From an archaeon GW2011_AR15 (lineage in GTDB: Archaea; Nanobdellota; Nanobdellia; Woesearchaeales; GW2011-AR15): a DNA stretch of 64,000 nucleotides. Position 1 is the stretch's first letter. Each line of letters begins with the position of its first letter. Below, piece after piece: positions 48,585 to 57,277 of the stretch. Position numbers and translations under genes: made by a program. The DNA is taken from the NCBI GenBank assembly GCA_000830295.1, contig CP010425.1, forward strand, positions 544,001 through 608,000. Reading direction: 5' to 3'. Below the pieces are notes generated by a model. It did no database searches. It was given only the letters and a program-made list of their open reading frames with translations, and was not told where the DNA came from.

Positions 48585-50351
48585 ATGTTGTATAAAGAGC
48601 TGGCAGAGCTGTATAAGAGGCTGGACAGCACCTCAAAAAGGCTTGAAAAAACATACTATATCTCTGAACTTATTAAAAAGACGCCGAAAAAAGACCTTGA
48701 GAAGGTTGTTTTGTTGGCGCAGGGGAAGATATTTCCGGACTGGACAGATAAGAAGATAGGTGTGGCATCAAAACTCGTTGTAAAGGCAATAAGCAAGGCT
48801 ACAGGAGCCTCTGTAAGGGATATTGAGGAAGCATGGCGGAAGCACGGGGACCTGGGCGATGTTGCCCGGAATCTGCTGGAAAAGAGAAAGCAGGCCTCTT
48901 TAATGCCAAAGGAACTTGAGCTTGACTGGGTTTTCATGTCTTTAAGGAAGCTGGCTGAGCATGAGGGCAAGGGCAGTGTGGAGAGCAAAGTTACGCTAAT
49001 CTCCGAACTTCTCATAAATGCAGGGCCTGATGAAGCCAGATACATAACGCGAACAGTGCTTGATAAGCTCAGGGTAGGCATAGGCTCAGGAAGCATGAGG
49101 GATGCCATAATCTGGGCTTTTTTCTCCGAAGAGCTTGGCATAAGGTACAACAGCGGGAATAACGATATTGAGCTTTCTGAAGCTGACAGGGCGAAATACA
49201 ACCAGATGTCAGAGAAAGTCCAGTATGCATATGACCTTATCAATGATTTCGGGGAATTGGCATTAAGGCTGAAAGAACGCGGACTAAAGGGGCTTGACGA
49301 AGTTTCTCTGGAGGTTGGAAAGCCTATAAATGCAATGCTTTTCCAGAAAGCCAAGGATATCGGGGATGCTTTTTCAATAGTGGGCAAGCCTGCAGCATTT
49401 GAGTACAAGTATGATGGTTTTAGGATGCAGATTCACATAGTCCAGAGTAAAGTCCAAATATTTACAAGAAGGCTGGAGGATGTTACAGAGCAGTTCCCTG
49501 AGGTTGTCGATGCGCTTAAAAAAAGCATCAGGGCCAAATCATGCATCCTGGATGCAGAGGCGGTGGGGTATAGCCCGGCCACAAAAAAATACGTGCCTTT
49601 CCAGAAGATATCCCAGAGGATAAAGAGAAAATACAATATAGATGAAATGGCCAAAAAGTTCCCTGTTGAAATCAATATATTTGACATAATCTACTATGAT
49701 GGCAAAAGCACTATCAATGAGCCTTTCCATGAGAGAAGGAAGTTCCTTGAAAAAATTGTGAAAGAAAAGCCGTTCAGCCTGGTTCTTGCAAAACAGCTCA
49801 TTACCTCAGACGAAAAAGAAGCCCAGGATTTCTATAATGAATCCCTGAAAATGGGGGAAGAGGGAGCAATGGCGAAGAACCTCGAAGGCATCTATAAGCC
49901 AGGCTCAAGAGTAGGATATGGTGTCAAGATAAAATCAATAATGGATCCCCTTGACCTGGTTATAGTCGCTGCTGAATACGGGGAAGGCAAAAGGTCAGGA
50001 TGGCTCACAAGCTTCTATCTTGCATGCTCTGACAACGGGAAACTGGTCGAGATAGGGAAAGTAAGCACAGGCCTGAAGGAGCTTGAGGAACAAGGAACTA
50101 CCTTTAAGGAGATGACAGGGCTGCTGAAGCCCCTGGTAAGAAAATCCTCCGGGAAATTTGTTGAGCTGAAGCCCGAAATAGTGATTGAAGTCGGGTATGA
50201 GGAGATACAGAAGTCGGTAAATTATTCTTCAGGATATGCCCTGAGGTTTCCAAGGTTCATCAGGCTCAGGACCGACGAGAAAACAGTAGATGACATCAAT
50301 ACAGCCGAAGATGTTGAGCAGCTGTACGAGCAGCAGAGGGCGAGAGGTTAA
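48585..50351 (+). CDS. lig: ATP-dependent DNA ligase
   Basis: EYKYDGFRMQIH, LDAE, EEGAMAK, ALRFPRF. Confidence 0.97.
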   Translation: MLYKELAELYKRLDSTSKRLEKTYYISELIKKTPKKDLEKVVLLAQGKIFPDWTDKKIGVASKLVVKAISKATGASVRDIEEAWRKHGDLGDVARNLLEKRKQASLMPKELELDWVFMSLRKLAEHEGKGSVESKVTLISELLINAGPDEARYITRTVLDKLRVGIGSGSMRDAIIWAFFSEELGIRYNSGNNDIELSEADRAKYNQMSEKVQYAYDLINDFGELALRLKERGLKGLDEVSLEVGKPINAMLFQKAKDIGDAFSIVGKPAAFEYKYDGFRMQIHIVQSKVQIFTRRLEDVTEQFPEVVDALKKSIRAKSCILDAEAVGYSPATKKYVPFQKISQRIKRKYNIDEMAKKFPVEINIFDIIYYDGKSTINEPFHERRKFLEKIVKEKPFSLVLAKQLITSDEKEAQDFYNESLKMGEEGAMAKNLEGIYKPGSRVGYGVKIKSIMDPLDLVIVAAEYGEGKRSGWLTSFYLACSDNGKLVEIGKVSTGLKELEEQGTTFKEMTGLLKPLVRKSSGKFVELKPEIVIEVGYEEIQKSVNYSSGYALRFPRFIRLRTDEKTVDDINTAEDVEQLYEQQRARG

Positions 50352-50382
50352 TTTTAAAAATTAGTGATTGATCCTATAAAAA

Positions 50383-50544
50383 ATGGCAAAATGTTCAATA
50401 TGCGGAAAAAAGATTGAAGAGATATTTCTTGGAAAAATACTGGGCACGTATATCAGGAATGAAAAGGGCAAACAGTATGCAGTCTGTTTTGAATGCCAGA
50501 AAAAATTCAGCACGAAAGACGAACTTCTCAGGAATATCAAATAA
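50383..50544 (+). CDS. Small Zn-finger protein (53 aa, not in ORF track)
   Basis: MAKCSICGKKIEEIFLGKILGTYIRNEKGKQYAVCFECQKKFSTKDELLRNIK*. Confidence 0.75.
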   Translation: MAKCSICGKKIEEIFLGKILGTYIRNEKGKQYAVCFECQKKFSTKDELLRNIK

Positions 50545-50583
50545 ATTTTTAAACAGGCTTGTTGTCTAGCAGAATTATAGGCT

Positions 50584-50667
50584 GCCCCTGTAGCTCAGCG
50601 GGAGAGCGGCGGTTTCGTATGTTACAGAAAAAACCGCAGGTCGGGAGTTCAATCCTCCTCAGGGGCT
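50584..50667 (+). tRNA. trnT: tRNA-Thr(CGT) with 12-nt intron at 37/38 (50620-50631)
   Basis: Acceptor GCCCCTG/CAGGGGC, U73, D stem GCTC/GAGC, anticodon stem GCGGT/ACCGC, CGT at 50616-18, T arm GGGAG-TTCAATC-CTCCT. Confidence 0.9.
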
Positions 50668-50668
50668 T

Positions 50669-50852
50669 GTAGTAAAATGAATATGGGCTTGAGCGGAGCG
50701 AAACCTATTTGTTTCCGCCAACGCTTTCCAAAAGGGTTGGTGTAATCCTCCTCAGGGGCTTTCCACCAGGAACTGGGACTGAGCAGAGCGAATGTCGCAC
50801 ATGTTTCGTTCAACCCTTTCCTAAAGGGTTGGTGGGATTCAACTCAGGGGCC
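50669..50852 (+). mobile_element. Two tandem ~93-bp hairpin elements each ending in a copy of the tRNA-Thr 3' end
   Basis: AATCCTCCTCAGGGGCTT 50651-68 repeated exactly at 50744-61; CTCAGGGGC again at 50843-51; each unit has TGAGCRGAGCGAA and CAACSCTTTCCWAAAGGGTTGGTG. Confidence 0.75.
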
Positions 50853-50877
50853 TGTATTAACATGTTGGATTAGGGAA

Positions 50878-51213
50878 ATGAAAATAATAGCAGTAGTAAA
50901 CGACCTCTTCTTTGCAGCAAAGATAAGGGAGACAGCAAATCAGCTAGGTATAGAGCTGCTCATAATAAGGAATAAAGAAGACTTGTTTAGGCAGCTGGGC
51001 GGCTCTGAAACATACAAGCTCATAGTTGATCTGAATTTCAGGAGCTTTGACATCCTAGGAGCACTCAGGGAGGTAAAGAAAAAACACACAGTCTATACAA
51101 TAGGCTATCTTTCGCATGTCCAGGTTGAGCTGAGGAAAAAAGCAGAGAAATGCTGCGACCTGGTGCTGCCGAGGAGCGCATTCTCAGAAAGGCTTCCAGA
51201 GTTATTGTCTTAA
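50878..51213 (+). CDS. Stand-alone atypical receiver-like protein
   Basis: IIAVVNDLFF, LIVDL, IGYLSHV, VLPRSAF. Confidence 0.65.
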   Translation: MKIIAVVNDLFFAAKIRETANQLGIELLIIRNKEDLFRQLGGSETYKLIVDLNFRSFDILGALREVKKKHTVYTIGYLSHVQVELRKKAEKCCDLVLPRSAFSERLPELLS

Positions 51214-51254
51214 AAGCAGAGGTTTTTTATATATCTCTTTAACTAATAAATCTG

Positions 51255-51806
51255 ATGGCAACCTCTCAGAGGCTAAAATACAAAAAATTCAGTGTAGACA
51301 GGAAATGGATTTTTCTCGGCCTTTCAGTCTGGTTCATATCTTTTTTTATTGAGATCATACCAATCATTTTCCTGACATTTTTTTGCGTGATAAATTCAGC
51401 CATGCTCTCTTTTAAAAGATACTTTGATGCCCCCCTTGACCCGGAGTTTTCAACATTCTCGGCAATACTTATGACAGTGAGATACGGGCTGTTATTCGGA
51501 ATTATTACTGCCATACTTACAAAGCTTGTCTCTATGATATACATAAAAAACATCAAGGTAAATTATTTCTTCATGATGACGGGATATATTGTAGCGGCCC
51601 TGCTGGCAGATGTTTTCAAGGGATACGGGGTTGTAACACTGGGGCTGATTGTCACGCTGCTGGCAAATGTCTATCAGTTTTTCATAAGGAAATTTGTAGT
51701 CAATTACTCCACATTTGAAATAATCTCATACGGAGTCACAAATATAATATTTAATTCAGTGCTGTTCATAGGGTTCGCAGATATTTTTATTAAGATAATG
51801 ATATAG
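51255..51806 (+). CDS. Membrane protein (tandem paralog A)
   Basis: ~6 TM; DRKWI, PLDPEFSTFSAILMT..YG. Confidence 0.75.
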   Translation: MATSQRLKYKKFSVDRKWIFLGLSVWFISFFIEIIPIIFLTFFCVINSAMLSFKRYFDAPLDPEFSTFSAILMTVRYGLLFGIITAILTKLVSMIYIKNIKVNYFFMMTGYIVAALLADVFKGYGVVTLGLIVTLLANVYQFFIRKFVVNYSTFEIISYGVTNIIFNSVLFIGFADIFIKIMI

Positions 51807-51815
51807 GCAGAGATA

Positions 51816-52379
51816 ATGGAAAGAATTTCAATGTCCAAGGTAAGAGGACGTTACAGGAAATTAAATATAGACAGGAAATGGATTATCCTTGTGCTTCTGG
51901 CTGCCATTGCCTCAATATTCATCAACCTCTGGCCACTCATATTCCTATCCCTGTTCTGCATCCTGAATGCAATCCTCCTTAGCATAGACAGGTATGTCCA
52001 GATGCCTGTTGATATTGAGATTTCAACCTTTTCTGCAGTCCTGATGACATATTCATACGGCCTTAACTGGGGGATTGCCGCAGCAATACTGACAAAACTG
52101 GCAGCAATACTCTATAACAAAAATGTCAGAGTCGACCATTTTTTCATGATGGGGGGCTATGTTGTCGCAGCCATGCTTGCAAATTCCCTGGCTTTTCCGA
52201 GCATAATAATGGCCGGAATCATAATTGCATTTATGGTGAACCTTTATGTCGTCTTTGTCTCAAAATTCATAACAATGCTGTCTGCATATGAGATACTGAT
52301 GTACGGCACAAGCAACTTCATATTCAATGTCGTCCTGTTTGTCGGATTCGCAGATCTGTTCAGGCTTCTCATGATTTGA
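51816..52379 (+). CDS. Membrane protein (tandem paralog B)
   Basis: ~6 TM; DRKWI, PVDIEISTFSAVLMT..YG. Confidence 0.75.
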   Translation: MERISMSKVRGRYRKLNIDRKWIILVLLAAIASIFINLWPLIFLSLFCILNAILLSIDRYVQMPVDIEISTFSAVLMTYSYGLNWGIAAAILTKLAAILYNKNVRVDHFFMMGGYVVAAMLANSLAFPSIIMAGIIIAFMVNLYVVFVSKFITMLSAYEILMYGTSNFIFNVVLFVGFADLFRLLMI

Positions 52380-52417
52380 CAACAATTTTTTTAAACTAGG
52401 ACAATTCTTCATACTGC

Positions 52418-53014
52418 ATGCCCCATTATTATTCTGAAAAGCAGGACTCAGAGCTTAACCTCAAAAAAATAGAAATCAGGCTGAAACAAATATCTTTCAG
52501 CATGTATACTGCCGGCGGCATATTCTCAAAGGGCAGGCTTGATACAGGCACGAGGCTGCTAATAGAAAATGCCCAGATCGGAAAAAATGACGACATCCTT
52601 GATCTCGGGTGCGGTATCGGAGTAGTGGGAATTGCTGTTAAGCTTATGCATCCAGAAGCAAAAGTCACCATGTCGGACATAAATGAAAGGGCAGTTATGA
52701 TTGCCTTAAAAAATGTTAAAACCCATAACCTTGGCATTGAAGTTTTGAAAAGCAACCTGTATGAAAAAATAAACAAGAAATTTGACACTATCCTTGTTAA
52801 TCCCCCGCAGACAGCAGGCAGAGAGGTATGTTTTGCAATAATAGAAGGCGCATACACCCATCTGGAAAAATCCGGAAGCCTGCAGCTTGTTGCAAGGCAT
52901 AAGAAAGGCGGGAGCATGCTCGAAAAAAAAATGCAGGAAGTTTTCGGCAATGTTGAGACTTCTGCAAACGGCTCAGGGTACAGGGTATACCTAAGCAGGA
53001 AAACTATTTCTTAG
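52418..53014 (+). CDS. RsmC-like class I SAM methyltransferase
   Basis: GIFSKGRLDTGTRLL, LDLGCGIG, SDINERA, VNPP. Confidence 0.9.
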   Translation: MPHYYSEKQDSELNLKKIEIRLKQISFSMYTAGGIFSKGRLDTGTRLLIENAQIGKNDDILDLGCGIGVVGIAVKLMHPEAKVTMSDINERAVMIALKNVKTHNLGIEVLKSNLYEKINKKFDTILVNPPQTAGREVCFAIIEGAYTHLEKSGSLQLVARHKKGGSMLEKKMQEVFGNVETSANGSGYRVYLSRKTIS

Positions 53015-54269
53015 ATTTTGAATTCTTCTCTTCTTCAGCAAGTCTCTTTTTCTTATCCTCGCTTCTCCTGAAAAGTATTGTCCCGAAAATTGAGACTACA
53101 GATGTCGAGAATATAAGGAGAAGCACTATTTCCGTAAATCCGGGGATAATTATGCCCTCATTGAAAGGGAGGAATGCAAGAAGTGTTGCTACAAAACCGC
53201 GCGGCACCATGGTTGAAATCAGGAAAGCATGCTGCCTGTATTTTTTTTCTATGAGTGATATGAAACCCACACTGACGTATCTTGTAAGTATCATGATGGT
53301 TATTATGCCCGCAGCCATGACAAGGAGAGGGGCAGTCATAAGGGATATATCAGTTATCATTCCAAGGAATAAGAAAAAGAAGGTCTTTATGAAAAATGAA
53401 AGATCAAGCTGGACAAGCCTTATGGATTTTAATGATTCTATATGCTCTTTCCTGTAGTATTTCTCTTTCAGGTTTAAGGATTTCATTATGCCGCGGATGT
53501 TGCCCAGGAATATTGCGAAGAACAATGCAGCAACGACACCGCTTCCCTGAAAGAACTCAGTTACTCCATAAAGTATGAATATCATCCCGAGGATGAATAC
53601 ATAATTCCTTTTCTTGTGTGCAGGTATCTTTTTGACAGCCTTGAACCATATTACAAAGAAGATTACAGCAAATAGCAGCCCTATGGAAAATTCAACCACA
53701 ACAGAGGTTATCATTGTCCTTATTGAGTCTATTATTGAGAAACTGCTCTGCCTTATCATATTGATAAGGGCAACAGCAATTATGATAAGGGTGGTATCAT
53801 TTAGGATAGATTCCAGCACAAGAAGATGCCTCGTGTCTTTGCCTATATCAAGCCCTTCCAGCAGCACCTGGACCATGACAGTTGTAGTCCCGCTTGACAC
53901 AATACCCAAAAGAAAGCCGTGAAGGAGATTCCAGCCGTAGACATAATGCACAAAAAAACCGACAAAAAGCGTTATCATTACATTAACTATTATTGTAAAA
54001 ATAGCTGCGTCAAACATCTTTTTTACCAGTGTTGAAACGTCAAACTCAAGCCCGCTGTCTATTAGGATAATTACTATGGCTATTGTTGCAAATATCCCTG
54101 CAAGGTCTTTCAGCCCGGTCGGGTCTATGAAGCCGAAAACAGGGCCGATAAGCAGGCCGATGATAATCATGAACAGGGATTCAGGGATTTTGCTCTGCTC
54201 AGAGAAAAGATTGGCTATATAGCCTACCATTATGACAAGCCCTAAAAATAAAAGTGTCTCTATGGCGAT
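53004..54269 (-). CDS. Cation:proton antiporter (CPA1/NhaP-like)
   Basis: ~12 TM, LESILND, PRGFVA; probable ATC start 54269 after GAGGTG SD, first ATG at 54230. Confidence 0.88.
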   Translation of the reverse strand: MAIETLLFLGLVIMVGYIANLFSEQSKIPESLFMIIIGLLIGPVFGFIDPTGLKDLAGIFATIAIVIILIDSGLEFDVSTLVKKMFDAAIFTIIVNVMITLFVGFFVHYVYGWNLLHGFLLGIVSSGTTTVMVQVLLEGLDIGKDTRHLLVLESILNDTTLIIIAVALINMIRQSSFSIIDSIRTMITSVVVEFSIGLLFAVIFFVIWFKAVKKIPAHKKRNYVFILGMIFILYGVTEFFQGSGVVAALFFAIFLGNIRGIMKSLNLKEKYYRKEHIESLKSIRLVQLDLSFFIKTFFFLFLGMITDISLMTAPLLVMAAGIITIMILTRYVSVGFISLIEKKYRQHAFLISTMVPRGFVATLLAFLPFNEGIIIPGFTEIVLLLIFSTSVVSIFGTILFRRSEDKKKRLAEEEKNSKSKK

Positions 54270-54316
54270 TTTGGCACCTCAGGGGTATACAAAGCCTGCA
54301 AATATTAAAAAGGTTT

Positions 54317-54673
54317 CTAAATCTCTTTTAAAGAATCATTCACATAGCTCACTAGTCTTATTCCTACCCCTAATTTCAGAAGTGCAGAGAGGACTGCCAT
54401 ATGCTCTTTTCCCGAGCCTGAGACCATATTGAAAGCAACATCTGTACCTGAAATTTTTCCGGACATTCCCTTCCTTATTTTTTCTATGAGCACAGGAAGT
54501 TCATCATTTGCATTTACGACTATTAGCTCCATGTTTTCCTTTTTGCTGAAATTCTCTCTGCCGAAATCATTGGTTATTATGAATATCTTCTCCCATTCTC
54601 CTGCAGAGATTATTTTAGCTGCTTCAGCCCAGGTCCCTTTTCCTGTTGACACCACAATCACAAGCTCTGTCAT
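54317..54673 (-). CDS. Conserved hypothetical protein (Rossmann-like, CARF-reminiscent)
   Basis: VVSTGKGTW...VAFNMVSGSGKEHMAVLSALLKLGVG. Confidence 0.65.
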   Translation of the reverse strand: MTELVIVVSTGKGTWAEAAKIISAGEWEKIFIITNDFGRENFSKKENMELIVVNANDELPVLIEKIRKGMSGKISGTDVAFNMVSGSGKEHMAVLSALLKLGVGIRLVSYVNDSLKEI

Positions 54674-54710
54674 AAGCCTGCTAAATCAGAAGTTCTTTTT
54701 AAGCCTATTG

Positions 54711-55364
54711 CTAAATTTTCCCGCTGTTTATGTAATCCTTGAAATCCTTTGAGGTTATGTGCACCCTTGTCTGGAATTTCCTGTCGAATTTCTTTTTCTT
54801 CCCTTTCAGATACAGGCCATAAAGGATTCCGGTTGCGACTCCGACAAGGTGCGCGAGGTTTCCGACTCCGGAAGGCACAAAGACACCAAGGACGTCCAGA
54901 AGTATCCAGATTATGCCTGCTGTCCTTAATGACATGGGTATGAAGAAGAGGAACAGCAGCTTCAGGTCAGGCATAAGCACTATAAGCGCCCCAAGCATTC
55001 CCATTATTGCTCCAGAAGCCCCAAGCGCGGCAGGGGCGGTGCCGTATATGAGCATGCTGAAGACTATGTGCCCTATGCCGGACAGCAGCCCTGCACCGAG
55101 ATAGAGCAGCAGGAACCTGTTAGGGCCTATCCTTCCCTCCAGAAGAGGTCCGAACATAAGGAGACCGTACATATTCCAGAAAAGATGGCCGAAAATATAA
55201 GGCGAATGGAGAAACATAGAAGTCAGCAGGATATACGGCCTGTAAATCACGTCAGCAGGAGTGAGCATGAAGAATGATGTGAACCAGTTGCCGAGGAATA
55301 TCTGCAGGGCAAACATGGCTACATTGATGACTATTATCGGCAGTATGACAGACCTCAGCTTCAT
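54711..55364 (-). CDS. Rhomboid intramembrane serine protease
   Basis: TSMFLH, HLFWNM, GASGA, AHLVG. Confidence 0.95.
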   Translation of the reverse strand: MKLRSVILPIIVINVAMFALQIFLGNWFTSFFMLTPADVIYRPYILLTSMFLHSPYIFGHLFWNMYGLLMFGPLLEGRIGPNRFLLLYLGAGLLSGIGHIVFSMLIYGTAPAALGASGAIMGMLGALIVLMPDLKLLFLFFIPMSLRTAGIIWILLDVLGVFVPSGVGNLAHLVGVATGILYGLYLKGKKKKFDRKFQTRVHITSKDFKDYINSGKI

Positions 55365-55507
55365 TCCGTGGAGTAATATCTGTTCATTTTAATTTCTTTT
55401 GATATTTTCCAGAACAACAATTTTTAAATACAACTTTAAGCATTCCTTAATAGTGCACCCAAAACTTTTTTCAGATTCTGCATATTTTTTAAGAGGTGGA
55501 GCCGGCC

Positions 55508-57229
55508 ATGTCTGACCTTCTTAAGGACGTGATGAAGAGGTCAATAGACAGTGAGTTCTACAGCCCATTCCCCAAAGGCTACAGGCCCGGCAGGACAAAG
55601 TATATTGTTGTATTCGGCACAGTGATATCAGGAATAGGCAAGGGCATTTTTGCAGGTTCGCTTGGGAAGCTGCTGAGGTATAAGGGATTCACGATTTCCC
55701 CCATAAAGTTTGACGGCTACCTCAACCAGGATGCAGGCACGCTTAATCCATACAGGCACGGGGAGGTCTTTGTGCTTGAGGACGGCACAGAATCAGACAT
55801 GGACCTCGGCACATACGAGAGATTCCTTGACATTAATCTTACAAAAGACAACTACATCACAAACGGCAAGCTTTTCCAGGAGATACTGAATAAGGAGAGG
55901 AGAGGGGATTACCTTGGCAGGGATGTGCAGGTCATTCCCCATGTTACAGGAGAGATAAAGCTGTTTCTGAGAAAGCTGGCTGTAAAGTCAAAATCTGATA
56001 TTGTCTTGTTTGAAGTCGGCGGTACAGTAGGGGATCTGGAAAGCATGTTCTGCATAGAGGCAGTAAGGCAGCTGATGTATGAGGAAGGAAAGGAGAATGT
56101 CTGCGCAATAGCAGTCACATATATCATGGAGCCGGGGTTTTTGGGGGAGCAGAAAAGCAAAGCAGCCCAGCTTGGCATAAAGAGCCTGCTTTCAAGCGGA
56201 ATCCAGCCCGACATAATCGCATGCAGGGCAAAAAATGAGGTTACGGAAAAAATAAGGCAGAAAATAAGCCTGTATTCCAATGTAGAGCTTCGAGATGTCC
56301 TTAGCATCCCTGATGTCGGAAGCATTTATTTTGTTCCTGAGATGATAAGGAAGACAGGAGTTGCTGAAAGCGTGATGAAGAAGCTGAAGCTTGGCAGCAG
56401 GATATCAAAAAAAGAAGAAGAAAGCAAATGGCAGAAATGGTCTAAGTTTACAGGCAGGATAAAAAACCCGAAAAACAGGGTTGTTATAGGCATGTTCGGG
56501 AAATATACCAATCTAAGGGACTCTTATGCCAGCATACTGAAGGCGCTGGAGCATGCAGGAGCTAATCTTGACACTGCAGTTGAAATAAAATGGATAGAGA
56601 CAACAGATATTGAAGAAGGGAAACTTAAAGTTGAAGAGGCCCTGAAAGGCATTGACGGCGCGCTTATAGCTCCAGGATTCGGGAAGAGAGGGACAGAAGG
56701 CAAGATTGCCAGCATAAAATACATCAGGCAAAAAAATATACCCTATCTCGGAGTCTGTTACGGCATGCAGATGGCCATAATAGAGTTCGCAAGGAATGTC
56801 TGCGGGCTTAAGGATGCTAACTCGACAGAGATAGATAGCAGGACGAGGCACCAGGTTATTGACATACTGCCCGAGCAGAAGAAGATTGAAGGATTAGGGG
56901 GAAACATGAGGCTGGGCGCAAAAGAAGTTTTAGTAAAGAAAGGCACAATGGCATATGAGCTCTATGGCAGAAAGAAGATGATAAAGGAAAGGTTCAGGCA
57001 CAGATATGAAGTAAACCCAGAGTATATCCCCCTGCTGGCGAAGAAAGGCATGGTTTTTTCAGGCAAGCATCCTGAGTATGACATAATGCAGATAATGGAG
57101 CTTCCGGGGAAGAGATTCTTTGTCGGCAGCCAGTTCCACCCCGAATTCACATCTAAATTACTCCATCCCAACCCTCTCTACCTCGGTTTTGTCAGGGCGG
57201 CTCTTGGATCGGGCCTCAGTAAACTATAA
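55508..57229 (+). CDS. pyrG: CTP synthase
   Basis: SGIGKG, DAGTLNPYRHGEVFV, GVCYGMQ, RHRYE, QFHPEF; GAGGTGG SD. Confidence 0.97.
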   Translation: MSDLLKDVMKRSIDSEFYSPFPKGYRPGRTKYIVVFGTVISGIGKGIFAGSLGKLLRYKGFTISPIKFDGYLNQDAGTLNPYRHGEVFVLEDGTESDMDLGTYERFLDINLTKDNYITNGKLFQEILNKERRGDYLGRDVQVIPHVTGEIKLFLRKLAVKSKSDIVLFEVGGTVGDLESMFCIEAVRQLMYEEGKENVCAIAVTYIMEPGFLGEQKSKAAQLGIKSLLSSGIQPDIIACRAKNEVTEKIRQKISLYSNVELRDVLSIPDVGSIYFVPEMIRKTGVAESVMKKLKLGSRISKKEEESKWQKWSKFTGRIKNPKNRVVIGMFGKYTNLRDSYASILKALEHAGANLDTAVEIKWIETTDIEEGKLKVEEALKGIDGALIAPGFGKRGTEGKIASIKYIRQKNIPYLGVCYGMQMAIIEFARNVCGLKDANSTEIDSRTRHQVIDILPEQKKIEGLGGNMRLGAKEVLVKKGTMAYELYGRKKMIKERFRHRYEVNPEYIPLLAKKGMVFSGKHPEYDIMQIMELPGKRFFVGSQFHPEFTSKLLHPNPLYLGFVRAALGSGLSKL

Positions 57230-57277
57230 ATACTTACTTTCTCTTTAAGATAATAAAAAAAATAGAGGGATGGGTTT

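Noticed and set aside
48656-49408. Long antisense ORFs (also 4342-4920, 55909-56325, 61552-62133)
   Set aside because: Ser/Phe/Leu-rich shadows of well-supported genes on the opposite strand
50651-50852. CRISPR array
   Set aside because: Period is ~93 bp, the repeat is a tRNA 3' end, the intervening sequences are homologous to each other, and no cas genes are present
54317-54673. CARF-domain CRISPR ancillary effector
   Set aside because: Resemblance is only superficial; no effector domain or cas context
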